A stretch of DNA of 54,404 bases from a virus (Duplodnaviria > Caudoviricetes), in IMG/VR virus record IMGVR_UViG_3300043446_000267, positions 1 through 54,404 of that record; one strand, given 5' to 3'. Shown in pieces: positions 9,684 to 22,000 of this stretch (its first letter is position 1; every line of letters starts with the position of its first letter). Under the pieces are notes generated by a model. The model searched no databases. It was not told the DNA's origin and was given only the letters and a program-made list of their open reading frames with translations. A program made the position numbers and the translations under genes.

Positions 9684-9985
9684 CTCTTGTTCTCAAGTTC
9701 TTTGTACTCGTTGTACCATTGTTCCATTACGTTGTTGTATGTGTCTCTTACTTTAACCAACAACTGTTGTCTGTTTACTTTGACTGGGTTTCCAAATGAG
9801 TCAACTAAAATCATTTCTTCTAACACTGTGCTGTCTAGAAAAACAATAAGTTCGGGTGTGACTTTCCACAAGCCACCTTGCTCTGCTACAGAGAGCTTTG
9901 ATTGATATTTGTCTGAGAGATATGCTTTGGCTGAATTATGACTGAATCTAGCTTTGGCTTCTTTAATAAGGTTTTCGGTATCCAT
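9680..9985 (-). CDS. Hypothetical protein, first gene of the GT/radical SAM operon
   Basis: ATG at 9985 preceded by AGGAG Shine-Dalgarno; ATGA overlap with the next gene (track start 9991 GTG). Confidence 0.75.
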   Translation of the reverse strand: MDTENLIKEAKARFSHNSAKAYLSDKYQSKLSVAEQGGLWKVTPELIVFLDSTVLEEMILVDSFGNPVKVNRQQLLVKVRDTYNNVMEQWYNEYKELENKR

Positions 9986-10019
9986 AAACACTCCTGAGAG
10001 TATTTAATGAGATACCGAA
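9974..10019 (-). promoter_or_regulatory. Late-type promoter (ATTAAATA) inside a hairpin that sequesters the SD and AUG
   Basis: Minus strand 5'-TTCGGTATC T CAT T AAATACTC TCAG GAGTGTTT ATG GATACCGAA-3': ~20 bp stem, 4-nt loop; TAAATA in the 5' arm, AGGAG at the loop/3' arm and ATG in the 3' arm. Confidence 0.7.
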
Positions 10020-10033
10020 TTGCCCAATTAAAA

Positions 10034-11014
10034 TTAAACGATACTAGATACTGATCCTGTTACTGTTGGGGTTCCCCAAGTATTAGATAGATATGTAGTT
10101 GATGGTGGACATACAGTTAATGTAACTTGTGTTCCAGCAGCCACAGTATCCACTGTAGTATGTAGACCTGTGTTTTGAGTACTAACTTCATCCAGGGTAA
10201 CAGTGAATGTTAGTATGTTTCCATTATCACCTTTAGATAATTGTGTACCGTTTGTACTTGCATCGATTTGGAAGAATGTGCCTAAATATTTAGTTACTGA
10301 TGATGCGGGGTCAGCTAGTTGCTTGAATATTGTTTGTGCAGTAGTAGTTAAACCATAGTAACCTAAGTTGGTACCAGTAGTTGCAGGTGTACCTGAACCT
10401 CCTACTTTAGTTACTCCATTATAACTTGTACCTGCAATAGTTACAGCGCCTGAGCTTGGTGCACTGATTGCAACTGTACCAATCGCTGTACATAATGCGT
10501 TCAATAATTGGTTAACACCTGCAGTAGTTGTAGCGTGACTAGCAGTAAATTTAATCTGTCCGCCTGCATTAAAAAAATAACGAGCTTGTTCAGCAGTACC
10601 AAAAGTAACAGTAAAGGTATAAGTAATCTTATCTAACCAAGTACCAGAAGTTGAAACAGATGTAGATGAAGTAGTACCTTGTGCTGCTGCATTATTTCTA
10701 GCATTGTAGATAGTGGTTAAGTTTGTAGGCAATGCTGAAAGATAGGCAATCTTTTGTCCTGTCTGAGGAGCATTCAATGCAGTTACGGCTACGCCTTGAT
10801 GACTTGCAATGTTAGTAACACCGTTAATTAATGAAGCCCAGTTTGATGCTGTAACTTTAGTCTGTGATGCAACGTTTGCAAGTGCGGTTTGACCATAACC
10901 AGCAGTGCTAGTTCCACTAGCCCATACTGTATTATATGTGTTTGCGTCTGTGCCTGTACCCAATAAACTGTTATAGTCACCGCTTACAATTTTTTGTCTT
11001 GATGCGTAAGTCAT
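10034..11014 (-). CDS. Thr/Gly-rich virion structural protein (tail fibre/baseplate appendage)
   Basis: Repeated N-terminal A/S-x-Q-K-I/V...(Y/W)-x-x-L units, beta-rich Thr/Gly composition, ARYFFNAGG motif; located in the tail module. Confidence 0.6.
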   Translation of the reverse strand: MTYASRQKIVSGDYNSLLGTGTDANTYNTVWASGTSTAGYGQTALANVASQTKVTASNWASLINGVTNIASHQGVAVTALNAPQTGQKIAYLSALPTNLTTIYNARNNAAAQGTTSSTSVSTSGTWLDKITYTFTVTFGTAEQARYFFNAGGQIKFTASHATTTAGVNQLLNALCTAIGTVAISAPSSGAVTIAGTSYNGVTKVGGSGTPATTGTNLGYYGLTTTAQTIFKQLADPASSVTKYLGTFFQIDASTNGTQLSKGDNGNILTFTVTLDEVSTQNTGLHTTVDTVAAGTQVTLTVCPPSTTYLSNTWGTPTVTGSVSSIV

Positions 11015-11023
11015 TTTATATCC

Positions 11024-12250
11024 TTACTTCGTAATTGCAACGATTGCTAAAACTGTTCCCAATTCTTCAGTTGTTTTATGTTCTAATGCACGACCGATAA
11101 CGTTAAACGCCGTAGCCTCGCCCTTCTTAGCTGCACGGGCTTTGCCCTTACCAGCAGAAACTAGACGCTGTCCTTTACGAACTGCACCTACGACTTTAAC
11201 TTGAACTCTACCTGAAACAGCGATTGCTGGATGAGTTTTATCTGAACCTGCTTTACCGTTCATAGTGAAAGCTGCCGTATTAGAAACGACACCAAAAACT
11301 TCTTCAGATAATTCGTCTACTACCGCAGTAACTTCTTTTTCGCCACCGATTTCTAGTACAGTACCTGCATCATAGTGGTCGTCTGCTTCAAAACGTTCTG
11401 CTAAGTCAGCATAAGTTGCTTCAATTCTAGCACCTGTGCCCAATGTCCAGATACCTGTAATTTCGCCACCGCCCGCGATAAAGTTAGTAGTTAACTTGTT
11501 AACTTGAAGATTAGCAGTTGATCCTCTTAAAGAGTAGTATGCTGATGGTAAGAAATCTGCTACGTTTGCGTTTGTGTATGTACCTGATGGATTGAACGCG
11601 GCACCGTTTGCGTACATATAGTTATCGCACTTGATACCGTTAACGCTTGATCCAGCAAATGCAATGTTACCACTAACAACAGAGAAAGCATTGCCACCGG
11701 TAGCGTTGTTACCAACTACACTCCAAGTACCAGTGATTGTACCTGCAGTAGTTGCAGAACCAGTAGTAATAGTTGTAGTTGTAATAGAAGGGATATCAGC
11801 TTGTGTGATGTTACCTGTAACTGCTGTAAGTGTTTCTGATACAGTAGCTAGACGCACAGTGATAGAATCACCTATGATTGCACCATCTACTGTTAAATCA
11901 CCACCGATGCCAACATCGCCTGTTGTAGTGATATTACCCAGTGTAGTGTCACCCGAAGCGTTGGTTGCCGCTAGTGTCACCCAAGTAGCTGGGTTAGTTA
12001 CACCGTCTGTAGGGCAAACGTTTAACGTGCCTGTACCAGTGTTATACCATAACTGACCTCGCAATGCGTTGATTGGTGGTGTTCCACTTGCATAATTCTC
12101 AAGTTGACGGACAAAGTTTGTGTTTAAAGTCTGACCGTAACCTGCATAGTTTCTACCGGGTAAGCCCAAGGAAGTGCTGGTTGTATTAATTGTACCATCT
12201 TGGATGGTTGTTAATGTAGTCCCATCGCTTCTTATAATTGTATATGCCAT
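11024..12250 (-). CDS. Tail fibre/spike protein with C-terminal intramolecular chaperone (peptidase G2/S74-like) domain
   Basis: N-terminal MAYTI...LPGRNYAGYG...LENYA...GQLWYN fibre head; C-terminal ATYADLAERFEAD...GVVS...GRVQVKVVG...KGQRLVS...IGRALE chaperone-like domain. Confidence 0.7.
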   Translation of the reverse strand: MAYTIIRSDGTTLTTIQDGTINTTSTSLGLPGRNYAGYGQTLNTNFVRQLENYASGTPPINALRGQLWYNTGTGTLNVCPTDGVTNPATWVTLAATNASGDTTLGNITTTGDVGIGGDLTVDGAIIGDSITVRLATVSETLTAVTGNITQADIPSITTTTITTGSATTAGTITGTWSVVGNNATGGNAFSVVSGNIAFAGSSVNGIKCDNYMYANGAAFNPSGTYTNANVADFLPSAYYSLRGSTANLQVNKLTTNFIAGGGEITGIWTLGTGARIEATYADLAERFEADDHYDAGTVLEIGGEKEVTAVVDELSEEVFGVVSNTAAFTMNGKAGSDKTHPAIAVSGRVQVKVVGAVRKGQRLVSAGKGKARAAKKGEATAFNVIGRALEHKTTEELGTVLAIVAITK

Positions 12251-12279
12251 TTAGATGCTCCGCAAATTTGTATTTCTAG

Positions 12280-12287
12280 TATTTATC
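12280..12287 (-). promoter_or_regulatory. Putative gp55-dependent late promoter GATAAATA
   Basis: Intergenic match to the T4 late -10 box TATAAATA, upstream of the 12250 start. Confidence 0.65.
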
Positions 12288-12914
12288 TTAAACCGTTACC
12301 AAGTTAGTTAGCGACTGGATTCGGATTGTGTAATCAATCTGAATCTGACGGTTCAAACTCTTTTGTACAGGGTGAAAAATAACGTGAGTAAGTAGTTTTG
12401 ACTGCTCAAAACCACGTGAATCTACCCCATAGTCTGCAAGTAATCCAATTTCGTCAAACATAAACTGAGAATCAGCCTGTGTACCGTTATCGAATGCAGA
12501 TTGACCGTCTGGTTCGCCGTAATCTAGTAAGCACTGAACAATGATGTCAGTATAGACTTTACCGGCTGTGTGACTAGGGACCATCTTATTACGTGATGGG
12601 TCGCCGTTTAAAACGTTTGTGTCGTCAACGATTTTTTGATATGTCTGATTATATAAACCAGCGTTTTGACCAGTAGTGTTAGGTGGCAAGTATGTGATAA
12701 TACCAGTATCGTCAATACTTGAGCCACCGTTTCCAAAAGCCATTTTAAAGATTGAGCCGAAGCCACGTGAACTTAATGTGTCTGCAATGGCTACTGAAAT
12801 GTTCTCATAGTGAATTGCGTTATGACCATCATAAAAAACCTCATAAGTTTCTGGATTTGGATCGTAGACCTTTAAAAAGCCCTCGATGGTAATTGGAATT
12901 GATGCATGTGCCAT
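12288..12914 (-). CDS. Baseplate/tail structural protein
   Basis: 208 aa; MAFGNGG...LYNQTY...FDEIGL...LLTHVIFHPVQKSLNRQIQIDYTIRI resembles myophage baseplate/fibre-attachment proteins; synteny. Confidence 0.6.
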   Translation of the reverse strand: MAHASIPITIEGFLKVYDPNPETYEVFYDGHNAIHYENISVAIADTLSSRGFGSIFKMAFGNGGSSIDDTGIITYLPPNTTGQNAGLYNQTYQKIVDDTNVLNGDPSRNKMVPSHTAGKVYTDIIVQCLLDYGEPDGQSAFDNGTQADSQFMFDEIGLLADYGVDSRGFEQSKLLTHVIFHPVQKSLNRQIQIDYTIRIQSLTNLVTV

Positions 12915-13060
12915 TAATTGTCGCCTCGTGTTTGTACTAAAATTTCTTTGGAGTTAGGATCGTGGATTTTAAGAAAGGAACTAAAGTAGAATCCCGACTG
13001 TTCATCGGGAATCGTATCCTCGGTTTCTTCTTTTTGCAAATCTTCGGATTTATCATTCAT
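12914..13060 (-). CDS. Small 48-aa protein (below ORF-track cutoff)
   Basis: MNDKSEDLQKEETEDTIPDEQSGFYFSSFLKIHDPNSKEILVQTRGDN*; fills the gap exactly, TAATG-coupled to 12914, GATAAATA 4 nt upstream of ATG. Confidence 0.75.
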   Translation of the reverse strand: MNDKSEDLQKEETEDTIPDEQSGFYFSSFLKIHDPNSKEILVQTRGDN

Positions 13061-13064
13061 ATGT

Positions 13065-13072
13065 TATTTATC
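13065..13072 (-). promoter_or_regulatory. Putative late promoter GATAAATA
   Basis: In the 14-bp gap between the 5148-aa gene stop and ATG 13060. Confidence 0.65.
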
Positions 13073-13074
13073 TC

Positions 13075-16000
13075 TTAATAAGACCCGGTTCTTAGGAATT
13101 TCGCCGCCGGGGTCGAGCTAATCTGCATAGGATCTCCCATTGGAGTAATATCTGTACTACTCATAATGTTGTTATAGAAGATAGCATCTAGTTTAGTTAC
13201 ATCATTGAAACCATGTACATAGGATTCTGTGTTATGAATCTTTCTGATACCGGTGCCCTTGATGCCCCTAGTTAGACCAGAAACTGTGTTTGAGACATAA
13301 TCGACTGTTCTAAAGTGAATCTGCTCACCATTGATTTCAACGATATGACCAATTTGAAGTGTGATGACCAAGTTATCGCCCTCAGAAACTCCTGAGTTAA
13401 AGATTACTGTAGGTCTACTATTGACGTTTTTAACAACATACTGGTCTTTGCCCAAAGTTGTCAATGTGTTGATGTTCTGGACAATCAAACCTGACAAATC
13501 TTCAATTCTGTAAGATAGCTGTGCAACAACACCTGAATCAGTAGTTACTGCCGACACATTTTCAACAACGTTATTAACTAGTTTTCTAGCATTATTAACG
13601 TGGATTGAATCTTCATATACATATAACGGTTGAGTCAACCAAACATTATCTTGTACTCTGTGAATTTCTCCGTTACCCTTCTTGTCAACACTGATGTGAT
13701 AAATCAGTTGACCTGGAGTAGCATCTGATACCATAGAAGTAATCATAACTTTGTCACCTACTGATATAGGAGCCATGATACTTAACTTATTATCTTCGTT
13801 GTAACGTAGATTTTCTGGATTTACACGTTCACCGTTTACAGTAACCCAAGTTCTTGATCCAGTTGTATAAGTGAAGTCGCTAGTAATTTGAACAGTATCT
13901 TCATCTTTCCATGCATATCCGCTTGGAATAAACTTACCTAAGCCACTGCCACTCGTTGGTGGGAAGAATACTAGGTCTTGACCTTGTAATGTCACTTGTT
14001 CGTATAATTCAAAAGATTTAGCAGTCTTAACTTTTACATAATGTGTAGTATTGTTTAACTCCAACATTCCTTTTAATCCGTCAATACGGATCAAGTCACC
14101 ATCAACGAACGAGTGGTTATCTTTCGTTGTAATTGTGATAGTTGGGTATCTTTCACCTGATACAACAATCGAGGAAGTATTGTCAACAAACGCAAAAGAA
14201 CTAGTTTCAAATGTGTCAAGTTCAGTAGTTACTAGTTGTTGACGCTTAGTGTCATGGTACGTTGTTACGCTAACAATATCACCCTCAGCTAAAGTATCAA
14301 TGATAGTAATTGTACTCAAGTTTGTGTCGAATGAATATTGTGTTGAGCTTAGACGATTTCCGTTTAATTCTACAATAGCATCATCGACAGTTGAGCCACC
14401 GATATAATTTACTAAAGTAAATGTGTTAGAATCTGCATAAACAAACACTTCTGTTTCAGGTAAACTGTAACCAAACTTAATATTGTTGTATTCCGGAACA
14501 AGTGTAGAACTTAAAATCACAAATGTGATATAATCTACTGCAGGATCATATAAGTTGTCGAACGTAACTCTAGTTCCCTCAGGGATGAAGGCTACTTCAA
14601 AATCGTTGCTTGACAACTTAACTCCGTTGCAGAAAACAACTGGGTCAAAGTTTACATCACTTGTGCTAAACAAACTAAAGTTTTGAACATACTTATAATT
14701 TGACAATGTAAATTGGCTTGTACCAGTATCTGCATTTACCCCTAAAGGTGTGCTGATAGAGTTGGTTCTAATTACTTCTCTACCGTTACCGAAATCATAA
14801 ACTTCAACAAACACTGATTCAGTTGTAGCTACTGCCATGTTCATGGTAATAGTCTTACTGACCCAGTTAACAGAATATGTATATGGATTCTGTGATGTTG
14901 GTGTGATATCTTGGTAGATTCTAGTAGACAATCCTGTAATCTTATCTTCAACGAAAACTGCAATTTGAACAGGGTTATCTAATATACCATCAAAACTAAA
15001 CTTGTTATTAAAGTCTGGAGTTACTCTCTTTGATTCCATTCCAAAACCAGTGTATCCATATACAATGTCGTTTTGAGTGTCAATCAATGTGTTAGTATCC
15101 CAGAAAGCACCAGGCTTAGTAATGACTTTCATGCTTAACGTATCATTAACAATACCGGCTACTAATTCTTCAGGACCATAACCCGAAACGAAGTCGTCAC
15201 CTTTAATTGTATAATTAGGTAGTTTGCTTGTAATGAAAGAAACATCTTGCCATGTCACGCCATCATCATTACTACGGATAATTACACCATAGTCGCCTGC
15301 GGCGATAAAGTATTCTCCGTCGAATGTAATTGACTTCAAGTTCTTGTTAGTTCCTGAAGTTTGTGTGTAGAATTCAATACCATCATCAGATGTTAGGACT
15401 GCTCCAGTATCGCCTACTAGAACGAACACACCATTTGCGTAGATGCTACCTCTAATAGTTGACGATGTAACTCCGTTAACGTTAGATTCAGTCCAACTTA
15501 CGCCGTTATTAGAACGATAAATTGTTGCGTTTGAACCGGCAGCAATAATTACTGCTTCAGATGATGTTACTGTGTGTAGTTGTTCATTAGTGAAGATAGG
15601 ATCGACTAAATTCCACTCACTGCCATCAACTGATAACAATACTCTACCAACTTGTTCGATTACAGGGGCAGCAGAATCAGCACCACTGATAACTTTCATG
15701 CCATAACCAACAGCAACTAAACCGGCATAGTTGAAACACTCTACGACAGTAATTGACTTCAATACGTTTGGTAATTTACTACCAATCATATAAACATCAT
15801 TCCAAATCAAACCGTTTGAACTCTTGATGACATAACCCTTGTCGCCCACTGCGTAGTAATCACCGTACAATGTAGCAATCGCACTCATTGGATATCTAGG
15901 TGCTTGAACTCCGGTACTATCAAAGCCCGATTCGCCGAATATGATAACATCATACGGTGTGTACGCTCCTAGTGTTTCCCAATTTTGAATATCAAAACTG

Positions 16001-19000
16001 ATTAACACAGGTGCCGATGAAATGTTAGCTGTGACAATGTAGCTAGGTGTATTTGTTGTGATTACACCTGTTAAACCTAATACTTTGTTAGATACTTTAT
16101 AAGTGTTCCATGTTTTTCCATCGGGACTTACTAAAACAACAGAATGGTCTGCGGCATCAGCAGTAGCGATATAATTAATACCGTCATATACAATTGATGT
16201 AATGTTAATATCTCTTGGGTAGAACGGCATGTCTTGTAATACCATATCTAACGGCAACATCTCGTCATTAGCAAACACGTTACCCTTATATACATTATAT
16301 GGATATGTTATTCCTTGTACAACTTGAAGGATATTTCCTGGCATGTCGCTTGTTGGATTATAATAACCCAACACTCTATCAATAGCGTTTAATGAGCGGT
16401 CGCTAGGATCAACTTCAGCCCACTTGGCATAATCAAAAATCAAATCGCTGTTACTTCTGATACAACGATAAACTTTACCTTGATAGGATACTGTAGCTTG
16501 AACTACATATTTGTATCCAGCGCTTGTTGAGAATGGCTCAGGTAAGAAGATATAGTCGCCTGCACCATATTCAAAACCTTCGTATAATACAGGGACTCTG
16601 AATGATGGATCATTGTAAACTTTAATCTGGTCAGAAGCGACTGGGTTAGCGTAGTACATTTTAAATTCACCAACAGCAATACCTTCGATATCATAGATAC
16701 TAATACCATTTTGAATAGTTACGAAACGTACTTTCAACACAAAGTCGTTGAGACCATCTTTACCACCTAACAATCCACCTCTAACTCTAATTTCTGAATT
16801 GTCAGAATAGATAGTACCTGAGTTTTCCATAACAATGTAGTAAGCATTAGTGATACCAGTTGGGTCAAAACGAGGTCTATAAATCTTAAACTTAGCACCG
16901 TTATTTGCAGTGTCATCGTACTGATAAGCAGGGAATGTCTTATAGAAATACATTCTCAAGCCTTTAATTTGACCCGGTTCTAGACCATTACTATGACTAT
17001 AATCGACTGTTGCAACGACTGTACCTTGGTCATTGTTAACGTTAACAATGTCTAACATCGCGCCTTGCCAACTAGCTGATGTAACGCTTGCTTGGTCATC
17101 ATACATTCTTGTAGTAGAACTAGCATCATTACCTAATGAGTTAAAGGGGCTAGGCCAGAACATTCCCGGTTCCCACTTTTCGATGTTTGAGCCGTAACTA
17201 GTTCTATCATATCTTAATATTGATTTGATTTGTCTAGCACGAGTGTTCTTAGTCACTGGACTTGCTTTAGCTGCAATTTCAAGTGCGTAAGTCATTACAT
17301 CTGCAAGAGGTACATTTCGTGTTACTACTAACTCTTGTTTAGTATACAATTCGATAGGATGGTCACCCTGAATAGTGTGAGCATATGAACTGTGTAAAGA
17401 AATCAATCTAGTATTTTCATCTATCTCTGCAAGTACTTTTACATAATAAAATGTGTTATCCACTAAACCAGTGACTTGTTCTTCAACTTCAGATGAATGG
17501 GCTAAGTGGACAAAACGAACCAAATCACCAGTTACAAATTTATTAGTGTTAATAACAATTGTATTCTGATTAAAGTCGATATTATAGTCATTAAACCCCA
17601 CTGACAATGAGGGACTGATATGAATTTCAGGGATCGTGACATAACCTTCACCTGGGTCATTTACAGTCACACCGATTAGTTTGTCACCAGACATAACCGG
17701 AGTCAACACTGCTTCTCTTGTCGGTGCAGGGAATCTAGTAGTGTCAACAACTGCTTTAACTGAGGGAGGATCAATATACCCTCTACCGGTATCTACCACG
17801 ACTACGCCAGGTAGATCCATGTAAATCTTCACTGAAGGGTAATGTTCTACAATATCAGTTCCCTCAGCTCCTCTACTCAATCCTTGTAATATACCCTTGA
17901 CACGGTCAACATGAGAATATCCAATTAATTCATCATCAATTCTAATTACGCCTGTCACCGGTAAACCATATGCGTTGTCAACATAAATTTCTGTATCGAT
18001 ATCAGTTATAAATTTTGCCACCAATGCAACTTCTGCATTGGGTGTACCCTTCATTTGTAGACCAATATTATTATACCAGTTTACATATTCTTGCGTAGAC
18101 CAGATTGGATCACCCACTGCAAACTCAGTTGCATTTGGTGGATTAAACACTAATTGCGGGGAAACGAACTTATATAGACTTGTATTATACAATGCTGGTA
18201 AATCAAAGTCAGTTACACCGCTGCTATATGTTTCTAAGCCGCTATATCTCATAAAGAAATCTTTGATTACTACGTGGTATGGTTTAGATTCTTGTAAATA
18301 ACCATACAACATTTCATCATCATCCTTTTGGAATTTAGGATATGTTTCTAAATTACGAACAGTGTTGCCTACATCAATGAACGATGTCTTGTTTAACCAT
18401 GTAAGATAATTATGTGCCGCTATGTTTTCACTTTGAATGAATTCAAACAATAGGATCAAGCCTTCATTTCGGTACTTGAACAATTCACCTACAAACAATT
18501 GTTCATTGATTGCACGAATGATATATCTAGTTTCCATTGAAGGATAATTGTCATATGCGTCAGTATCAAAGAAACTAGTTCCTAACCCAAACCCACTTGT
18601 ACTATAATTCCACAATGATGAACTGAACGCTATTGTACCGTTTTCTAATCCAACTCTTACCCATGCACCATTGTTGTAGACATATGTTTCTCTTCTACCG
18701 CTAGAGTTAGTATTAACACCAACTAGCATTCCTTCGAACGCTTCTATGGTTTGAAGTTCATAATATCTATCAACGTCTAGTAACGTTTTTGTACTATCAC
18801 TATATCCAGTAGCCCACCAATTGACATAATTCCAATACTGAGTAGTATCGTAAGTTGCACCAGATGTGTGTAACCAAGACGCTTCCTTAAACTCATATAC
18901 TGGGTACTGTACTAATATACTGTTTACGTATACGAGATAATTCTTCAATGCTGACAATCTATCAACAAACATACTTTGATTTGGTTTATTGCTTACCCCG

Positions 19001-22000
19001 ATACGCATTAATAACGGTATATTTGGATTAGGTACCATTGAACCCATAGTATCTAAGCCAGCAAAACTGTCAATTAACTTTAAGTACAAACCAGTAGGAT
19101 CACTGTAATTGTTCAACGCTGTAGGGAACCCTGGTAAGAAATCATCAGGTGAACCGTCACGAATCATTTGATAAGCAGCATGAGATGGGTTATCAACACC
19201 TGTATTGCTATAACCAACATACAAGTTTGTATTCTCAGTAATCATGTCATTTGCGTTATACAAACCAAAACTACTTGCTGAGTAGAATGCGATATATGGT
19301 ATTCCAGTAGATTGAGGATCTTTAATGTAAGTTTCAATGATTGCATCAGATAAAGTCTTACCACTATTAGTGAACACTTTATTTGTTCCTCGAACCCAGT
19401 AATAATATTTTGTGACGATTGAGCCGGTCGAATCAATCTCAGAAGATGTTGTGTAATGCTCGATATCGTATGGTGTACCAGTGCCTGCGTAGAACGCAGG
19501 AGTTACGTCACTTTCCACCCAAGTATAAACCGTCACTGTGCTACCAGGGAACACTTTACCCCAATACTTGCTGTTGTAAGAAATACTACTCTGGTGATAG
19601 TTAACAAAGCGTGTATCCGTAGGGTCAAACCATAAATGACCCACTTGACTCTTGCCCCATGCAATATTACCGTATCCGTTAGTATTATATCCTGCAGGGT
19701 CTGTGTATGAAACATAATCAATGTTATGTCTTACCACTCCTAACAGTTTACCTTGTATCGGATCAATATAGTCTAACGGAGCCACCATTGTATTAGATAC
19801 GTTGTCGAATACTTGTGCTTTTTGTATTTTAGAAATATCGATTACATCGTTACTTGTTCTACTAATATTCCAGTTTTGCAAGTTTAAAGCATTATTAAAC
19901 ACAACTACTCGTCCACCAACTTCTGCTGGTTTAAAATCAGGTGTTCCCACAATAACTTTATTGTGTCTATAGAACAAAGACTTACCATACATTGGTTTTT
20001 GTCCCAAGTCAGATACAGTGTCATCTAACGCTTGTGCATATACATAGTTACCTGAGTTGAACAACGATTCATTGTAACCAGGTAGATAATCATACATGTA
20101 AACAGCTCCAGCTCTGTCAGTAAAATCTACAAACTGCGTAAAGTTGTTATCAAACGCTGTATCATTATGATTGTTAGCATCGTCTGTAAAATCAAATTGT
20201 GTTCCCAAGAATCTTGTTCCTGTAGGAGCACTTACAACAAATGAGTTGTATTCATTGAATTTTACTGAATACCCAAACTGAGAGCCTTTCTCAACGTGTG
20301 GACTTGATATAACCTGAGTCTTTGTATATTCACTGATACCCAAATAATACAATACATTTCCGTCAAAAACAGTTAGAGTAAGTTTGTTGTTGATAGGACC
20401 TAAGTCTGGATTTCTTAATCTAACAATTAGTTTACCGTCGTCAGTATCATCAGTAGCTTCGGCAACTATGTTGTCTAACGCTACTAAGTTAATTGCATCC
20501 GCAACAGCCTTAGCATTCCCAGCAGGAACTGAAACTCTAAAGTGATTAATTAAAATATCTGCAGGTTCTGCTAGTGTTACTGGAAGAATACCAGTGATGA
20601 CACCATACTTCTTACCCTCGTTGATAAATCGATAGACGTGACCTTCAACACCGTTCTCGTCAATAAAATAAGGAGCTCCCACAACTAAATCTGCACCGCT
20701 AATGTTACAATCTAAACCCTGCGAGAACATAGCGTTGTTACTAACTTGACTAGAGTTATCATATGCGCTGATTACTTGTTTTTCAACCATGTTTACTGAA
20801 TCGACGGTGATTCTGTCGCCAGCAAACACATCAGGTCCGATTAAAATTACAGTTGCACCTGCAATAAACACATCAGGATATACCCAAACTGGGGCAGGTC
20901 TAGTACCAGCTAGGACAGTGTCGTATCTTACACCGTTGATAGAAACAACCGTTCCGCTAGAAGTTAACCAAGGGACAACGACAATTGTATTTGTCATTGC
21001 AGGGCTATCTGCTTGTACTTCAAATGTTTCAGACAATCTTTCAAATACATAACCCATACCAGTATCACGTTGAAGTTGACTGAAATCATATCCAGGTGCA
21101 CCAACAAATACCATGTCACCGTTATATGTAGTAGACATTGACAATGAGAAACCATCAGTTGGATCATTGCCAGCAGTAAACACACCTACAAAAGAATAGT
21201 TAATCGAAGATGTTAAAATCTGTGCTCCTGCTGGGATTTCCACAGTTAACGGATCATACAAATAGAATGTAGTAGTATTAGTACCACTAGAATATTTGGC
21301 AGTTACTATCATACTAGTAATCGATGAATCAATCGTAGAGAATGTTATTTCTTCTCCTGAAGGTAAATCAACTACTTTGTTACCAGTAACCACTAACGTA
21401 GTCGAGCCGAGTGGTGCAGTTTCTTTCAACAAGATACCAGTAGTATCGATGAAAGGTAAAACGTTCTTTTGGAATACAGTCGCTCCGCTGTATGAATCTG
21501 CACTAGCATATAGATAGTTAGTATCACCGGACATCGTCATGTGTTGTCCGATTCCGCCGCCTGATACCCAAATATACTGTTGATAAACAGCACGTTTTAC
21601 TTTTTGTGTGTTTACTAATTTGTAAATCCAAATAAAGCTGTTAGTTCCAAAATTATCTGGTTGAGAAATTACTAACATATCACCTTGTACTACTACACAC
21701 GCGCCATATGTTGCAGGTGTTGTTCTTCCGAATAAAGGCTGTAATATTTCCTGTGTTGAATAGATATCTAGCATCTCCTCGTATGCCATTCTATGTACTT
21801 TCTTCTCGCCCTTATCGGCAAAGAAGTAGCCTAAAATAGGGCTGTACGCAACGCTGTTACCAAAAGTACTAGTTGTGCCATATGTATCTACGATACTAGG
21901 GGCGTAGTTATTGGTCTTTTCGTATACAGACCAATTTCCATCAACACCATAATCAACCCATGCTTTGTTTCTGACAAATTCGTTATCAAGTAATGGTAGA

